Assembly (NCBI GenBank): GCA_022562615.1 | Contig: JADFOW010000002.1 | Location: 4,208 to 66,272, forward strand | Length of the DNA: 62,065 nucleotides | Direction: 5' to 3' | Origin: Nitrososphaerota archaeon | GTDB taxonomy: Archaea; Thermoproteota; Nitrososphaeria; Nitrososphaerales; Nitrosopumilaceae | Shown: piece after piece, positions 46,203 through 55,463 of the stretch | Layout: each line of letters begins with the position of its first letter | Numbering within the stretch: position 1 is the stretch's first letter | Position numbers and translations under genes: made by a program | Notes under the pieces: generated by a model | What the model was told of the DNA's origin: nothing | Database searches by the model: none | Seen by the model: the letters and a program-made list of their open reading frames with translations, nothing else

Positions 46203-47326
46203 TATTGAGAAATTCCTATCGTGTTTCCCACACCAATCAACAAAACTGATTGCCCAGTCTTTGTGTTCTCATGAATCATTTCATGGACTTGAGAGCGCAC
46301 GTTTTCTGCTTGGTTAGCAATTTCTTTGGTCATCAAAGTAATTGCTTCTTTAATAGATTGTTTAATTACAATTGCAAAAATTGGAATATTATTTTTTGTG
46401 GCAATATCTTCAATTTGAAATCGTTCAATTCCAATACCTCCAATTGCAACTCCAAATCCCTGAGCAGTAATTGCAGAATCTTCTCCTTCCATTTTTAATG
46501 CAGCATCGACCATTATGATAATATCAGGTTTGTTTTTTGCAATTATTGTTTCCACAGCATCTCCTGGTCGACCAACGGTAGAACCAGGACCTTCTGGTTT
46601 TAACAAAACCAATTTCCTCCCATCATACTCTTTTTCACTAACTACAGTCTGAAATGCCACCAACTCTTTTTTTGTATTTTGCATCATTTTTCCTACCACC
46701 ATGGGTCCTATCCCATCACCAACAGGTTGTCCTAGTTTAAAAACAGGAATTGCTTTTGTTATGGCTTCTGCCTCTTCCATAATAAAAGGTAAAATCATTT
46801 GAAGCGGTAAAATCAGGGGATAGTTGTTCTGTTTTTTTGCAGTCAAATACATGTGATTAATTATTTTGTAAATCATATGAAGTGAGGTGGCAATTTCGAG
46901 AAGCGTTATGACTTTACTTAATTCTATTTCATCAGTCTCTGGAGATAATGATTTTACATGATTTCTAGAATAATCCTCTCGTGCTCTAACAATATGCCTT
47001 ACCTTTTCTACAATTCCATTTGGATCCATATCCACTGGCATTATTGTAAAGTAATCTAAAAATCGATCAATTTTTTTTGTGGGATCTTCTTTTGGATTCA
47101 TATTTTTCTTAACATAGTCAATTAGCTCTGTTCTTGCTTCGGTTCTATATCCGTCTAATTTTTTGATGCCTTTTTTGATTTCACCTGAGGTGACTAGTAA
47201 TTGAATTCTTTGTCCGTAGAAAACAAAAAGAATTATCGGTAGAATCCAAATTAACATCAAAAGAGGATTTGAATCGTCGCTGAATCCAAATAACTGATCA
47301 AAATCAAAATTTGTAAAATTTACCAT
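46202..47326 (-). CDS. conserved archaeal membrane-anchored protein (DUF1512-like)
   Basis: 374 aa, N-terminal TM (LLMLIWILPIILFVFY) plus a soluble alpha/beta domain. Family name from memory, not verified. Confidence 0.6.
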   Translation of the reverse strand: MVNFTNFDFDQLFGFSDDSNPLLMLIWILPIILFVFYGQRIQLLVTSGEIKKGIKKLDGYRTEARTELIDYVKKNMNPKEDPTKKIDRFLDYFTIMPVDMDPNGIVEKVRHIVRAREDYSRNHVKSLSPETDEIELSKVITLLEIATSLHMIYKIINHMYLTAKKQNNYPLILPLQMILPFIMEEAEAITKAIPVFKLGQPVGDGIGPMVVGKMMQNTKKELVAFQTVVSEKEYDGRKLVLLKPEGPGSTVGRPGDAVETIIAKNKPDIIIMVDAALKMEGEDSAITAQGFGVAIGGIGIERFQIEDIATKNNIPIFAIVIKQSIKEAITLMTKEIANQAENVRSQVHEMIHENTKTGQSVLLIGVGNTIGISQ

Positions 47327-47459
47327 AACTTCAGCGACCTAGGAATCCAAATTAAATCATTCGTATAATTTTGACTCGATCATCAAATCTGAGAATCATA
47401 TCATATTGAATGTTGAAAAATTAGTGATTCCTTTTATTGCACTATAATGGAGGTGGGAT

Positions 47460-48020
47460 GTGCCAGAAACAAAACCAATCATTGCAATAGTTAACGTTGT
47501 GGCTTCAGCCTCAGTAGATCAAAAAATAGACCTCAATGAAATTACAAGAAAATTTCCAGACGTAGAATACCATCCTGATCTATTTCCAGGTCTGGTTTTT
47601 AGACTAAAGACACCAAAAACAGCCACTCTGATTTTTACCTCAGGAAAAATGGTATGTACTGGTTCAAAATCAGAAGAGATGGCAAGAAAGGCAGTAAAAA
47701 CTGTAGTTCAAAAGCTTCGAAAGGGAGGAATCAAGATAAAAAAAGATGCTGAAGTTACCATACAAAACATTGTCTCTTCAATCAATCTTCAAGGCAGAGT
47801 GCGCTTGGAAAAAGCTGCAAGAACCTTGCCCCGAAGCATGTATGAACCAGAACAATTTCCAGGATTGATTCATAGAATGGTTGATCCAAAAACAGTAATT
47901 CTTGTCTTCTCATCTGGAAAACTTGTTTGTACTGGAGCCAAAAATGAACAAGATGTTTACAGATCAGTTAACAATCTACATTCATTATTAGAAGAAAAAG
48001 ACCTAATGATTTACGATTAG
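47460..48020 (+). CDS. tbp: TATA-box binding protein
   Basis: Two direct repeats IVNVVAS...FPGLVFRL..P..T.LIFSSGK.VCTG. GTG start preceded by GGAGGTG at 47449-47455. Confidence 0.95.
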   Translation: MPETKPIIAIVNVVASASVDQKIDLNEITRKFPDVEYHPDLFPGLVFRLKTPKTATLIFTSGKMVCTGSKSEEMARKAVKTVVQKLRKGGIKIKKDAEVTIQNIVSSINLQGRVRLEKAARTLPRSMYEPEQFPGLIHRMVDPKTVILVFSSGKLVCTGAKNEQDVYRSVNNLHSLLEEKDLMIYD

Positions 48021-48046
48021 ATTTCGATTTTTAAAAAAAAATTAAC

Positions 48047-48382
48047 TTATTTAATTGGACTGCCCAAAGGCACGTCATCATTTACTGTTAACCAAAAGGG
48101 TTTATCGTCAACGTCTGCTGCAAGTAACATTGCAGTAGATTCAACTCCAGCCATTTTTTTTGGTTCAAGGTTTGTAATAACTACCACAACTTTACCGACA
48201 AGATCCTCTGGTTGATAATATTGTGCGCCGCCAATAATGACATCTCTTTTATCATAGCCCAAATCAATAATTCCCTTAATGATTCTAGATTTTCCAGGGA
48301 TTGGTTCAGTTTTTATTATTTTTCCCACACGCAAATCTAATTTTGCAAAGTCATCGTAAGAGACGTTTGGCATAAAATTCAC
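48047..48382 (-). CDS. tRNA-binding domain protein (Trbp111/CsaA-like)
   Basis: FAKLDLRVGKIIKTEPIPG...GAQYYQPEDLVGKVVVVITNLEPKKMAGVES is the OB-fold tRNA-binding domain signature. Confidence 0.85.
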   Translation of the reverse strand: MNFMPNVSYDDFAKLDLRVGKIIKTEPIPGKSRIIKGIIDLGYDKRDVIIGGAQYYQPEDLVGKVVVVITNLEPKKMAGVESTAMLLAADVDDKPFWLTVNDDVPLGSPIK

Positions 48383-48414
48383 TTAATTCTCTTGTTAAAA
48401 TTAATTTCGAATAC

Positions 48415-48612
48415 CTACATTAGATCTTTCTTTTGTATGCCACTAGTTTCAATATCATATCTTAGAGGTGCGGGTAATTCTAGATATTTTTTATTGGCTA
48501 GAATTACAATTTGATCTTCAGGAACATTTACCTTTTTTAATAATTTTCCTCGTTGATGAGCATAAGCATTTTTCCAAAACTCTGCAGCATCAAACGTTCC
48601 AATTTTTGTCAT
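48415..48612 (-). CDS. hypothetical protein
   Basis: 65-aa ORF with a plausible composition. No motif recognised. Confidence 0.45.
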   Translation of the reverse strand: MTKIGTFDAAEFWKNAYAHQRGKLLKKVNVPEDQIVILANKKYLELPAPLRYDIETSGIQKKDLM

Positions 48613-48776
48613 ATGTTTTCGTATTCCATTTTATTGAAAGGACTGTGACGGAAGAATGGCATAAGCCGTTAGAACTGGAGTTACTGTTCTGGATTTTAGG
48701 CATGATGCCCATCACAGTCTGCTCTTTTTCCCTGTGTAATCTAATATATTTACTGCGAACGCTCTATTTTTTAGTC

Positions 48777-49193
48777 ATGGCAATAATTGAAACGTCAATT
48801 GAGATTAATGCCCCAACTGAAAAAGTTTGGGATTTGGTATCAGATATTGATAATGAGCCTAAATTTTGGAAGGGTACGATAGGGGTTCGAAACATCTCAA
48901 AAGAAGGAAACGTCATTAATCGAGAAATCGTAATTGCATTTAGGGACCAAAAATGTCAGCAGGAAGTTACACTCCACCCAAAAGAAAAGATTGTGGCGGT
49001 ATTTACAAAGGGAATAATTAGTGGGAATAAGACTATAAATCTAATAGCTCAAGACAGCCGAACTTTACTTGAGGTAAAGTGGGATATAAAACTCACAGGA
49101 TTAATGGGCGTGTTTACAGGAATGATAAAAAAGCACATAAAAAATGGTACAGAGTTGGCACTACAGAGCATCAAAAAAGAACTAGAGAGATAA
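48777..49193 (+). CDS. SRPBCC (START/polyketide-cyclase-like) superfamily protein
   Basis: From the ATG at 48777: IETSIEINAPTEKVWDLVSDIDNEPKFW is a typical SRPBCC N-terminus. The upstream part of track ORF 48468-49193 runs through the divergent promoter region. Confidence 0.7.
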   Translation: MAIIETSIEINAPTEKVWDLVSDIDNEPKFWKGTIGVRNISKEGNVINREIVIAFRDQKCQQEVTLHPKEKIVAVFTKGIISGNKTINLIAQDSRTLLEVKWDIKLTGLMGVFTGMIKKHIKNGTELALQSIKKELER

Positions 49194-49202
49194 TTCGTAA
49201 AA

Positions 49203-50405
49203 ATGATAGTTGATATTTTTAATTATTCACTTACTGCAATCTTAATTGGAATCTGTGTAGCTTGGATATTTTTAATTAGATCAATGTTAACCACGTTTAG
49301 ATTAACACCATACCTAGACAAATTTGAAAAAATAAAACACAATAATCCCAAGGTATCAATTATTCTCCCTGCAAGAAATGAAGAAGAATTTCTTCCTAAA
49401 TGTTTGGACTCCTTAATTGACCAAGACTATTCCAACTATGAAATAATTACTATTGATGATTCTTCAGAGGATTCAACACCGAAAATTATTTCGAAATATG
49501 CAAACCAGAATTCTAAAATAATTTCCGTCTTGGCAAGACCCAAACCAAATGGATGGATAGGAAAAAATTGGGCATGTATGGAGGGTTACAAAAAAGCGAC
49601 AGGAGAGTTGTTGTTGTTTACAGATGCCGATACAAAGCATGCCAAAAACGTAATTTCGTTGGCAGTATCACATCTACTTACCTTTAATCTTGATGCGTTA
49701 ACCGCAATGCCCAAATTGGTTCCAATTGATTTTTGGACAAAAATTACCCTACCCATGATATCCACCTTTTTACATACGAGGTTTTCCGCTGTTCGAGTTA
49801 ATGATCCATCAAAGAAAACTGGATATTTTTTTGGTAGTTTTTTTATTATTAAACAAAAAACATACGAAGAAGTAGGAACACATGAAGGTGTAAAACAAGA
49901 AATTATTGAAGATGGGGCTCTTGGAAAAAAGGTAAAAGATTCAGGCTACAAAATGAAGATGGTAAGAGGAGATCATCTAATTGATGCAGTTTGGGCCCGT
50001 GATAAAAGTACTCTTTGGAATGGCCTCAAAAGGCTAATGATTCCCTTGTATCTTCAAAGCCATGGAATTGCCGTCGGAATATTTTTTGCAGTTTTGTTTT
50101 TACTTTTTATGCCATTTCCAATTTTGGCCTATTCTTCAATTCTCGCTTTTGAAACCTTGTCAAATTCTATGGTGTTTGTATCATCTTTGATTGCCTCAAT
50201 ATTGATCTATACTGGAGCAGTAATCGAAGTCAAAAAGGGACTTCATCTCAAATTGATTTATGCACTCTTTGGTCCTTTAGGAAGTTTGGTGGTGGTTTTA
50301 GGATTTTTAAGCGGGTTGCTACAGGCGAAAAAAGATTCTTCTATCTCTTGGAGAGGGAGAACCTATTCCATGAAGGACCATGTTCAGGATTCAATAAGGA
50401 TTTAG
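49203..50405 (+). CDS. family 2 glycosyltransferase with C-terminal TM helices
   Basis: VSIILPARNEE...DQDYSNYEIITIDDSSEDST and LLFTDADT (DxD). Confidence 0.8.
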   Translation: MIVDIFNYSLTAILIGICVAWIFLIRSMLTTFRLTPYLDKFEKIKHNNPKVSIILPARNEEEFLPKCLDSLIDQDYSNYEIITIDDSSEDSTPKIISKYANQNSKIISVLARPKPNGWIGKNWACMEGYKKATGELLLFTDADTKHAKNVISLAVSHLLTFNLDALTAMPKLVPIDFWTKITLPMISTFLHTRFSAVRVNDPSKKTGYFFGSFFIIKQKTYEEVGTHEGVKQEIIEDGALGKKVKDSGYKMKMVRGDHLIDAVWARDKSTLWNGLKRLMIPLYLQSHGIAVGIFFAVLFLLFMPFPILAYSSILAFETLSNSMVFVSSLIASILIYTGAVIEVKKGLHLKLIYALFGPLGSLVVVLGFLSGLLQAKKDSSISWRGRTYSMKDHVQDSIRI

Positions 50406-50445
50406 GAGAAATCTTTTTAGTCGTAAACAAGGAAATCAAAGTCGC

Positions 50446-51588
50446 TTGGATAAATCAGGTGTCATTGTTGGTGGAATTGCTGGAGCAGTATTAGTTTTAG
50501 TCGTGTTCACAATCATTATGATTCCACAACCAAATGCAATAAAACCTGAAATTATTGTGACCAATGGACATGATTTAAGTGCTGTAGGAGAAATTGTTCC
50601 CTCTTATTCAAAAAAATTATCTTTAATTGAAATATTTGAAAATTCGGAAGCTGGCGTAGTACGTGTCAACATTCAAAGAACCGAAGAGAGTATTACTTCA
50701 GCCGGTTTGGGCTCTGGTTTTGTTTTTGATAAAAAAGGCCACATCATAACAAATGCACATGTTGTAAAGGATGCAAAAAAGGTGGTAATTACATTTTTGG
50801 ATGGCAGATCGTATAATGCAGAGATAATTGGTGTTGATACTTTTACTGATATTGCAGTAATCAAAGTTAATGCAGGCTTGTCATTGTTGCATCCTTTACC
50901 CTTGGGAGATTCTTCAAATCTGCGAGTCGGCGAGCCTATTGCAGCTATTGGTAATCCGTTTGGGCTTTCGGGTTCCATGACATCGGGAATTGTAAGTCAA
51001 TTAGGTAGATTGCTTCCTTCAGGTGCGGGATATTCTATTCCGGATGTTATTCAAACAGATGCTGCAATAAACCCTGGAAATTCCGGAGGTCCTCTATTAA
51101 ACATGAGAGGCGAAATAGTTGGGATAAACACCGCAATACAATCTGCAACAGGAGAATTTGCAGGGGTAGGATTTGCAATACCATCACAAACATTAGCTAA
51201 AATTGTTCCTAGTTTAATAAAAAATGGAGAATACAAACATCCTTGGATTGGAATTTCAGGAAGAGACATTGGTCCTGACTTGGCAAAAGTTTTGAAACTT
51301 AATGATGCCTTGGGTTTTTTAGTGGTCACTGTTATTCCAGATAGCCCTGCATCAAGAGCAGGACTTCAGGGTTCTGAAAATACCGTAGAGATGGACGGAA
51401 TCCAATATATTGTTGGAGGAGACATCATACTATCTGTTGACGGATTGGAAGTCAGAAAAATATCGGATATTCTGATTCATCTGCAAAGGGCAAAGTCTGT
51501 GGGGGATGAAATGGTTTTAGAAATTATCAGAGATGGTAGGACAACTAATTTCACTATTATTTTAGGTGAGAGACCAAATGGAGAATAA
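50446..51588 (+). CDS. htrA: HtrA/DegP-family serine protease with PDZ domain
   Basis: N-terminal TM anchor. Catalytic triad contexts TNAHVV, DIAVIKV and GNSGGPLLN. C-terminal PDZ (GFLVVTVIPDSPASRAGL). Confidence 0.9.
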   Translation: MDKSGVIVGGIAGAVLVLVVFTIIMIPQPNAIKPEIIVTNGHDLSAVGEIVPSYSKKLSLIEIFENSEAGVVRVNIQRTEESITSAGLGSGFVFDKKGHIITNAHVVKDAKKVVITFLDGRSYNAEIIGVDTFTDIAVIKVNAGLSLLHPLPLGDSSNLRVGEPIAAIGNPFGLSGSMTSGIVSQLGRLLPSGAGYSIPDVIQTDAAINPGNSGGPLLNMRGEIVGINTAIQSATGEFAGVGFAIPSQTLAKIVPSLIKNGEYKHPWIGISGRDIGPDLAKVLKLNDALGFLVVTVIPDSPASRAGLQGSENTVEMDGIQYIVGGDIILSVDGLEVRKISDILIHLQRAKSVGDEMVLEIIRDGRTTNFTIILGERPNGE

Positions 51589-51629
51589 AGCAATACAAGA
51601 TTAAATACTTCTAAAAATGCATTTTTCTA

Positions 51630-52799
51630 TTGAACAAGCTTGTGTTAAAATCTGAGAGTTTAAACAATGTTTTAGAAAATAAAATAGTTTCATATGAGAA
51701 TGCTCTACAAATTTATCAAGATGCAAAATTTAACCCATCGGAATTATTTTCAACAGCACAAAACTTGAGAGAAAAATTCAAAGGTAAAACTGTGACATTT
51801 TCAAAAAAAGCCTTTATCAATTTAATTAACCTGTGCAAAGACACCTGTACTTATTGCACATACAAAGCTGAACCGGGAGAAGAAAAACTATCGTTGATGT
51901 CAAAACAAGAGGTAAAGCAAATTCTGAGTCTTGCCAAAAAATACAGATGTGTTGAAGCATTATTTGTAACTGGTGAACGACCGGAACAAAAATATCAAGA
52001 AGCAAAAGATTGGCTCAAAAAAAACGGTTTCAAATCAACTGCAGAATACCTAGTTCATGCTTCAGAATGGGCTCTAGAAGCAGGACTCTTTCCTCACACA
52101 AATGCAGGGAATCTTACTTTTGATGAAATGAAAGAATTGCAAAAGACCAATGTTTCAATGGGTTTAATGTTAGAAAACGTCAGTGAAAGACTGTCACAGA
52201 AAGGAATGCCACATTATTTGGCTGCTAGTAAAAGACCCAAAGCAAGATTAGAAGTTTTAGAAAATTCTGGAAAATTAAAAATTCCCATGACGACAGGTTT
52301 GCTAGTTGGAATTGGAGAAACCCCAGAGGAAATTATTTCATCTATTTTGGCAATAAAAAAACTACACGAGAAATATGGAAATATACAAGAGATAATTTTA
52401 CAAAACTTTCAACCAAAGCCTGATACGAAGATGAGTGATTTTCCATCTGCTGAGGAAAACTATTTCAAGATTATTGTTTCAATATCAAGAATCATCATGC
52501 CAGAGATGAACATCCAAATTCCTCCAAACCTTTCACCAAAATCTTACCAAAGTTTTCTTTCCGTTGGAATCAGTGATTGGGGAGGAGTATCTCCACTTAC
52601 ACCTGATTATGTAAATCCTGAGTTTTCTTGGCCAGAGATAAAAAAGATTGAAGAAAATTCTAAAAATGCAGGGTTTGATTTAAAATGCAGATTTCCAATA
52701 TATCCAGAATTTTTCTCGTTTATTAGTAAAGAGTTAAGAGATAAGATGTCAGTTATTGAAAATGAGGAAGGGTTGGTAAAGGAGGAATATTGGAGATGA
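51630..52799 (+). CDS. cofG: FO synthase subunit 1 (7,8-didemethyl-8-hydroxy-5-deazariboflavin synthase CofG)
   Basis: Radical-SAM cluster CKDTCTYCTY and a CofG-like length and pattern. Overlaps cofH by 10 nt. TTG start. Confidence 0.8.
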   Translation: MNKLVLKSESLNNVLENKIVSYENALQIYQDAKFNPSELFSTAQNLREKFKGKTVTFSKKAFINLINLCKDTCTYCTYKAEPGEEKLSLMSKQEVKQILSLAKKYRCVEALFVTGERPEQKYQEAKDWLKKNGFKSTAEYLVHASEWALEAGLFPHTNAGNLTFDEMKELQKTNVSMGLMLENVSERLSQKGMPHYLAASKRPKARLEVLENSGKLKIPMTTGLLVGIGETPEEIISSILAIKKLHEKYGNIQEIILQNFQPKPDTKMSDFPSAEENYFKIIVSISRIIMPEMNIQIPPNLSPKSYQSFLSVGISDWGGVSPLTPDYVNPEFSWPEIKKIEENSKNAGFDLKCRFPIYPEFFSFISKELRDKMSVIENEEGLVKEEYWR

Positions 52800-54055
52800 G
52801 TGTGAACATAGATTCCTTGTTCAAGAGTGCAGATCCTATAGTGTCAGGCGTTCTAAACAAGGCATTATCAGAAAAAGAGATATCAGCAGAGGATGGACTT
52901 GTTCTTTTCAATTCTGAGGGGATTGATTTTCATTTAGTTGGACTGGTTGCTGATGAGCTGAGGAGACGGAGAGTAGGAAATATTGTAACATATGTGGTTA
53001 ACAGAAATATCAATTTTACAAATGTCTGCATAAAGCAATGTGGGTTTTGTGCATTTAGTAGAGATTTTAGAGAAGAAGAAGGGTACTTTCTTCCTACTGA
53101 AGAAATAGTACGGAGAGCAAAAGAGGCATATCAATTAGGAGCAACTGAAGTGTGCATTCAAGCTGGTCTTCCTCCAGATATGGAAGGAGACTTGTATGAG
53201 AACATTTGCCGTGCAATAAAAAAAGAGATTCCAGATATTCACATTCATGGATTTTCACCTGAAGAGGTTCTTTACGGAGCAACAAGATCAAACATCTCAA
53301 TTGGTGAGTACTTGAAGAGGCTAAAGGATTCTGGTGTAGACACCTTGCCGGGAACTGCAGCTGAGATTTTGGATCAGAAAATGAGAGATAAAATTTCTCC
53401 AGGAAGGATTAGTGTGAAGGATTGGATTGAGGTAATCAAAACGGCACATAGAATGGGAATTAATACCACCTCTACTATGATGTTTGGTCACATTGAAACT
53501 CCAAAACACAGGGTAGACCATATTGCAAAGATCAGAGAAATTCAAAAAGAGACAGGGGGGTTTACAGAGTTTGTACCTCTTGATTTTATTCACAACGAAG
53601 CTCCCATGTACAAACATCAACTTCATGAAGGAATTAGACAGGGAGCAAGTGGAAAAGATGTTCTGTTGACTCATGCTATTGCAAGAATTATGCTAAACAA
53701 CTACATTGACAATATTCAAATGTCGTGGGTAAAAGAAGGTCAGAAAATGTCACAACTTTTGCTAATGTGGGGAGCCAATGATTTTGGAGGGACTTTAATT
53801 AATGAGAGTATTTCAACGTCAGCAGGTTCTGAACATGGGCAATTGTTAAGGCCTAGAGAAATCAAACGAATTGTAAGAGAGATTGGAAGAATTCCAGCAG
53901 AAAGAACTACCAATTATAAAATTTTAAAAAGATTTGAAGATTCAAATGATTCAGAAGAAGAGCTAGACAAAGTTAAGGATACTTCAAAATTTGGATCATA
54001 TGTAGAGTTGATCAAGTTGGACAAATACAGATACAAAAATCCAAGGAAAGAATAA
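52790..54055 (+). CDS. cofH: FO synthase subunit 2 (CofH)
   Basis: NRNINFTNVCIKQCGFCAFSR radical-SAM motif typical of CofH/MqnC-like enzymes. Adjacent to cofG. Confidence 0.8.
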   Translation: MEMSVNIDSLFKSADPIVSGVLNKALSEKEISAEDGLVLFNSEGIDFHLVGLVADELRRRRVGNIVTYVVNRNINFTNVCIKQCGFCAFSRDFREEEGYFLPTEEIVRRAKEAYQLGATEVCIQAGLPPDMEGDLYENICRAIKKEIPDIHIHGFSPEEVLYGATRSNISIGEYLKRLKDSGVDTLPGTAAEILDQKMRDKISPGRISVKDWIEVIKTAHRMGINTTSTMMFGHIETPKHRVDHIAKIREIQKETGGFTEFVPLDFIHNEAPMYKHQLHEGIRQGASGKDVLLTHAIARIMLNNYIDNIQMSWVKEGQKMSQLLLMWGANDFGGTLINESISTSAGSEHGQLLRPREIKRIVREIGRIPAERTTNYKILKRFEDSNDSEEELDKVKDTSKFGSYVELIKLDKYRYKNPRKE

Positions 54056-55417
54056 GTGTATGCCTTAGACAAGGCTCTAGACCATGCAAGGAAATTAAGA
54101 ATTGATGAATGTGAAATTGTACATGTTAAACGAAAGATCACGACAGTTCGAATCACGGATTCTGAAATTTTTGAGTTAAAACAAAATTTGGATGAAAATT
54201 ATGGAATCAGAATTATTCATGATAAAAAAATATCTTCAAGTCAAACAAGTAACGATAAAGAAATTCAAAAATCAATAGAAGATTCTTTTCAAACAATATC
54301 TCATCTAAAGCCAAGAAAATTTTGGAAATCTCTACCACATGAAATAAAATCAAAAATTAAACTAGAAGGAATATATGATAAAAAATTAGAGGAGATTTCA
54401 GGATACGAAGCTACTGATATCGCACAAAATATGATAAATCACGCATTAAATGATAAAATTGATATGATATCAGGATCACTTAACATAGTTTCTGAAACTT
54501 TTGAAATTGAAAACTCCAATGGCCTCTCTGCTACAGACAGGGGGACTTACATCTCAGGAATTATTAATGTAGATTCACAAATTGGGGAATCAGAAGTTTC
54601 AGGGATAGGTCAGGGGTGCTGTAGAACATTAGACAAGTTTTCTCCTGAGCAAATAGGGAAGGATGCAAAAATCATGTGTATAGAATCAGTCAATCCAAAA
54701 AAATGTGAAACCGGTGAATATTCAATTATTTTTGAACCATATTCTGTTGGAGAACTTTTGGCATTTGTTGTTTCTTCAAATTTTAATTTCAAAACACATT
54801 CAGAAAAAAAGGGTTGTTTTTCCAACAATTTTAAAGAAAAAATTGCAGTGGAGGATTTTAGTTTGATAGATAATCCCCATATTTCTCAAGGCGTTGGAAC
54901 AAAACCATTTGATGATGAAGGAATAAAAACTAATATCAATACATTAGTGGATAATGGGGTGTTTACAAATACATACAGCAACCTTTTTGATAGTTTCAAA
55001 GAAGATTTAGAATCTACAGGAAATGCATCAAGACCTGGATCACCAATGGGACGAAGTGCAGAATCAATTCCAGTTTCTTTGCCTCATAACATGCAGATAA
55101 AATCAGGAGGTATTTCTCAGGAAGACATGATAAAGGATACCAAACATGGATTGCTCGTCGGCAGATTATGGTACACTTATGCCGTTAATCCAATTAAAGG
55201 TGATTTTTCATGTACTGCCAGAAGTGGAATCAGAATAATTGAAAATGGTAAAATCACGAGTCCTGGGAAACCAGTAAGAATTATCCATAATTTGCCAAGA
55301 TTATTGCAAAACATTTCAGCTGTTGGAAATAATGAAAAAAATGTCCTTCAATGGGCCTCACTTCCCTCTATTACTCCGTCAATTAAAGTTGAAAAAATTA
55401 AGGTTAATTCAATCTAA
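54056..55417 (+). CDS. TldD/PmbA-family metalloprotease
   Basis: 453 aa. The C-terminal region GLLVGRLWYTYAVNPIKGDFSCTARSG is typical of PmbA/TldD. The GTG start directly abuts the cofH stop. Confidence 0.75.
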   Translation: MYALDKALDHARKLRIDECEIVHVKRKITTVRITDSEIFELKQNLDENYGIRIIHDKKISSSQTSNDKEIQKSIEDSFQTISHLKPRKFWKSLPHEIKSKIKLEGIYDKKLEEISGYEATDIAQNMINHALNDKIDMISGSLNIVSETFEIENSNGLSATDRGTYISGIINVDSQIGESEVSGIGQGCCRTLDKFSPEQIGKDAKIMCIESVNPKKCETGEYSIIFEPYSVGELLAFVVSSNFNFKTHSEKKGCFSNNFKEKIAVEDFSLIDNPHISQGVGTKPFDDEGIKTNINTLVDNGVFTNTYSNLFDSFKEDLESTGNASRPGSPMGRSAESIPVSLPHNMQIKSGGISQEDMIKDTKHGLLVGRLWYTYAVNPIKGDFSCTARSGIRIIENGKITSPGKPVRIIHNLPRLLQNISAVGNNEKNVLQWASLPSITPSIKVEKIKVNSI

Positions 55418-55463
55418 AATAACATATTCAGCAAAAATAGCAAGATTTTAGGCACAAAATTAC

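Noticed and set aside
47330-47395. C/D-box-like strings (UUGAUGA ... AAUGAUU ... CUGA) on the minus strand just upstream of the DUF1512-like gene
   Set aside because: The spacing is wrong: 19 nt between the putative C' and D boxes, and no D' box. There is no terminal stem, and the D box abuts the start codon. This is more likely a 5' UTR or promoter sequence.
48468-48776. 103-aa upstream extension of the SRPBCC ORF
   Set aside because: It runs antisense through ORF 48415-48612 and through the divergent promoter and hairpin region. The SRPBCC domain starts at the ATG at 48777, which is preceded by a TATA-like box.
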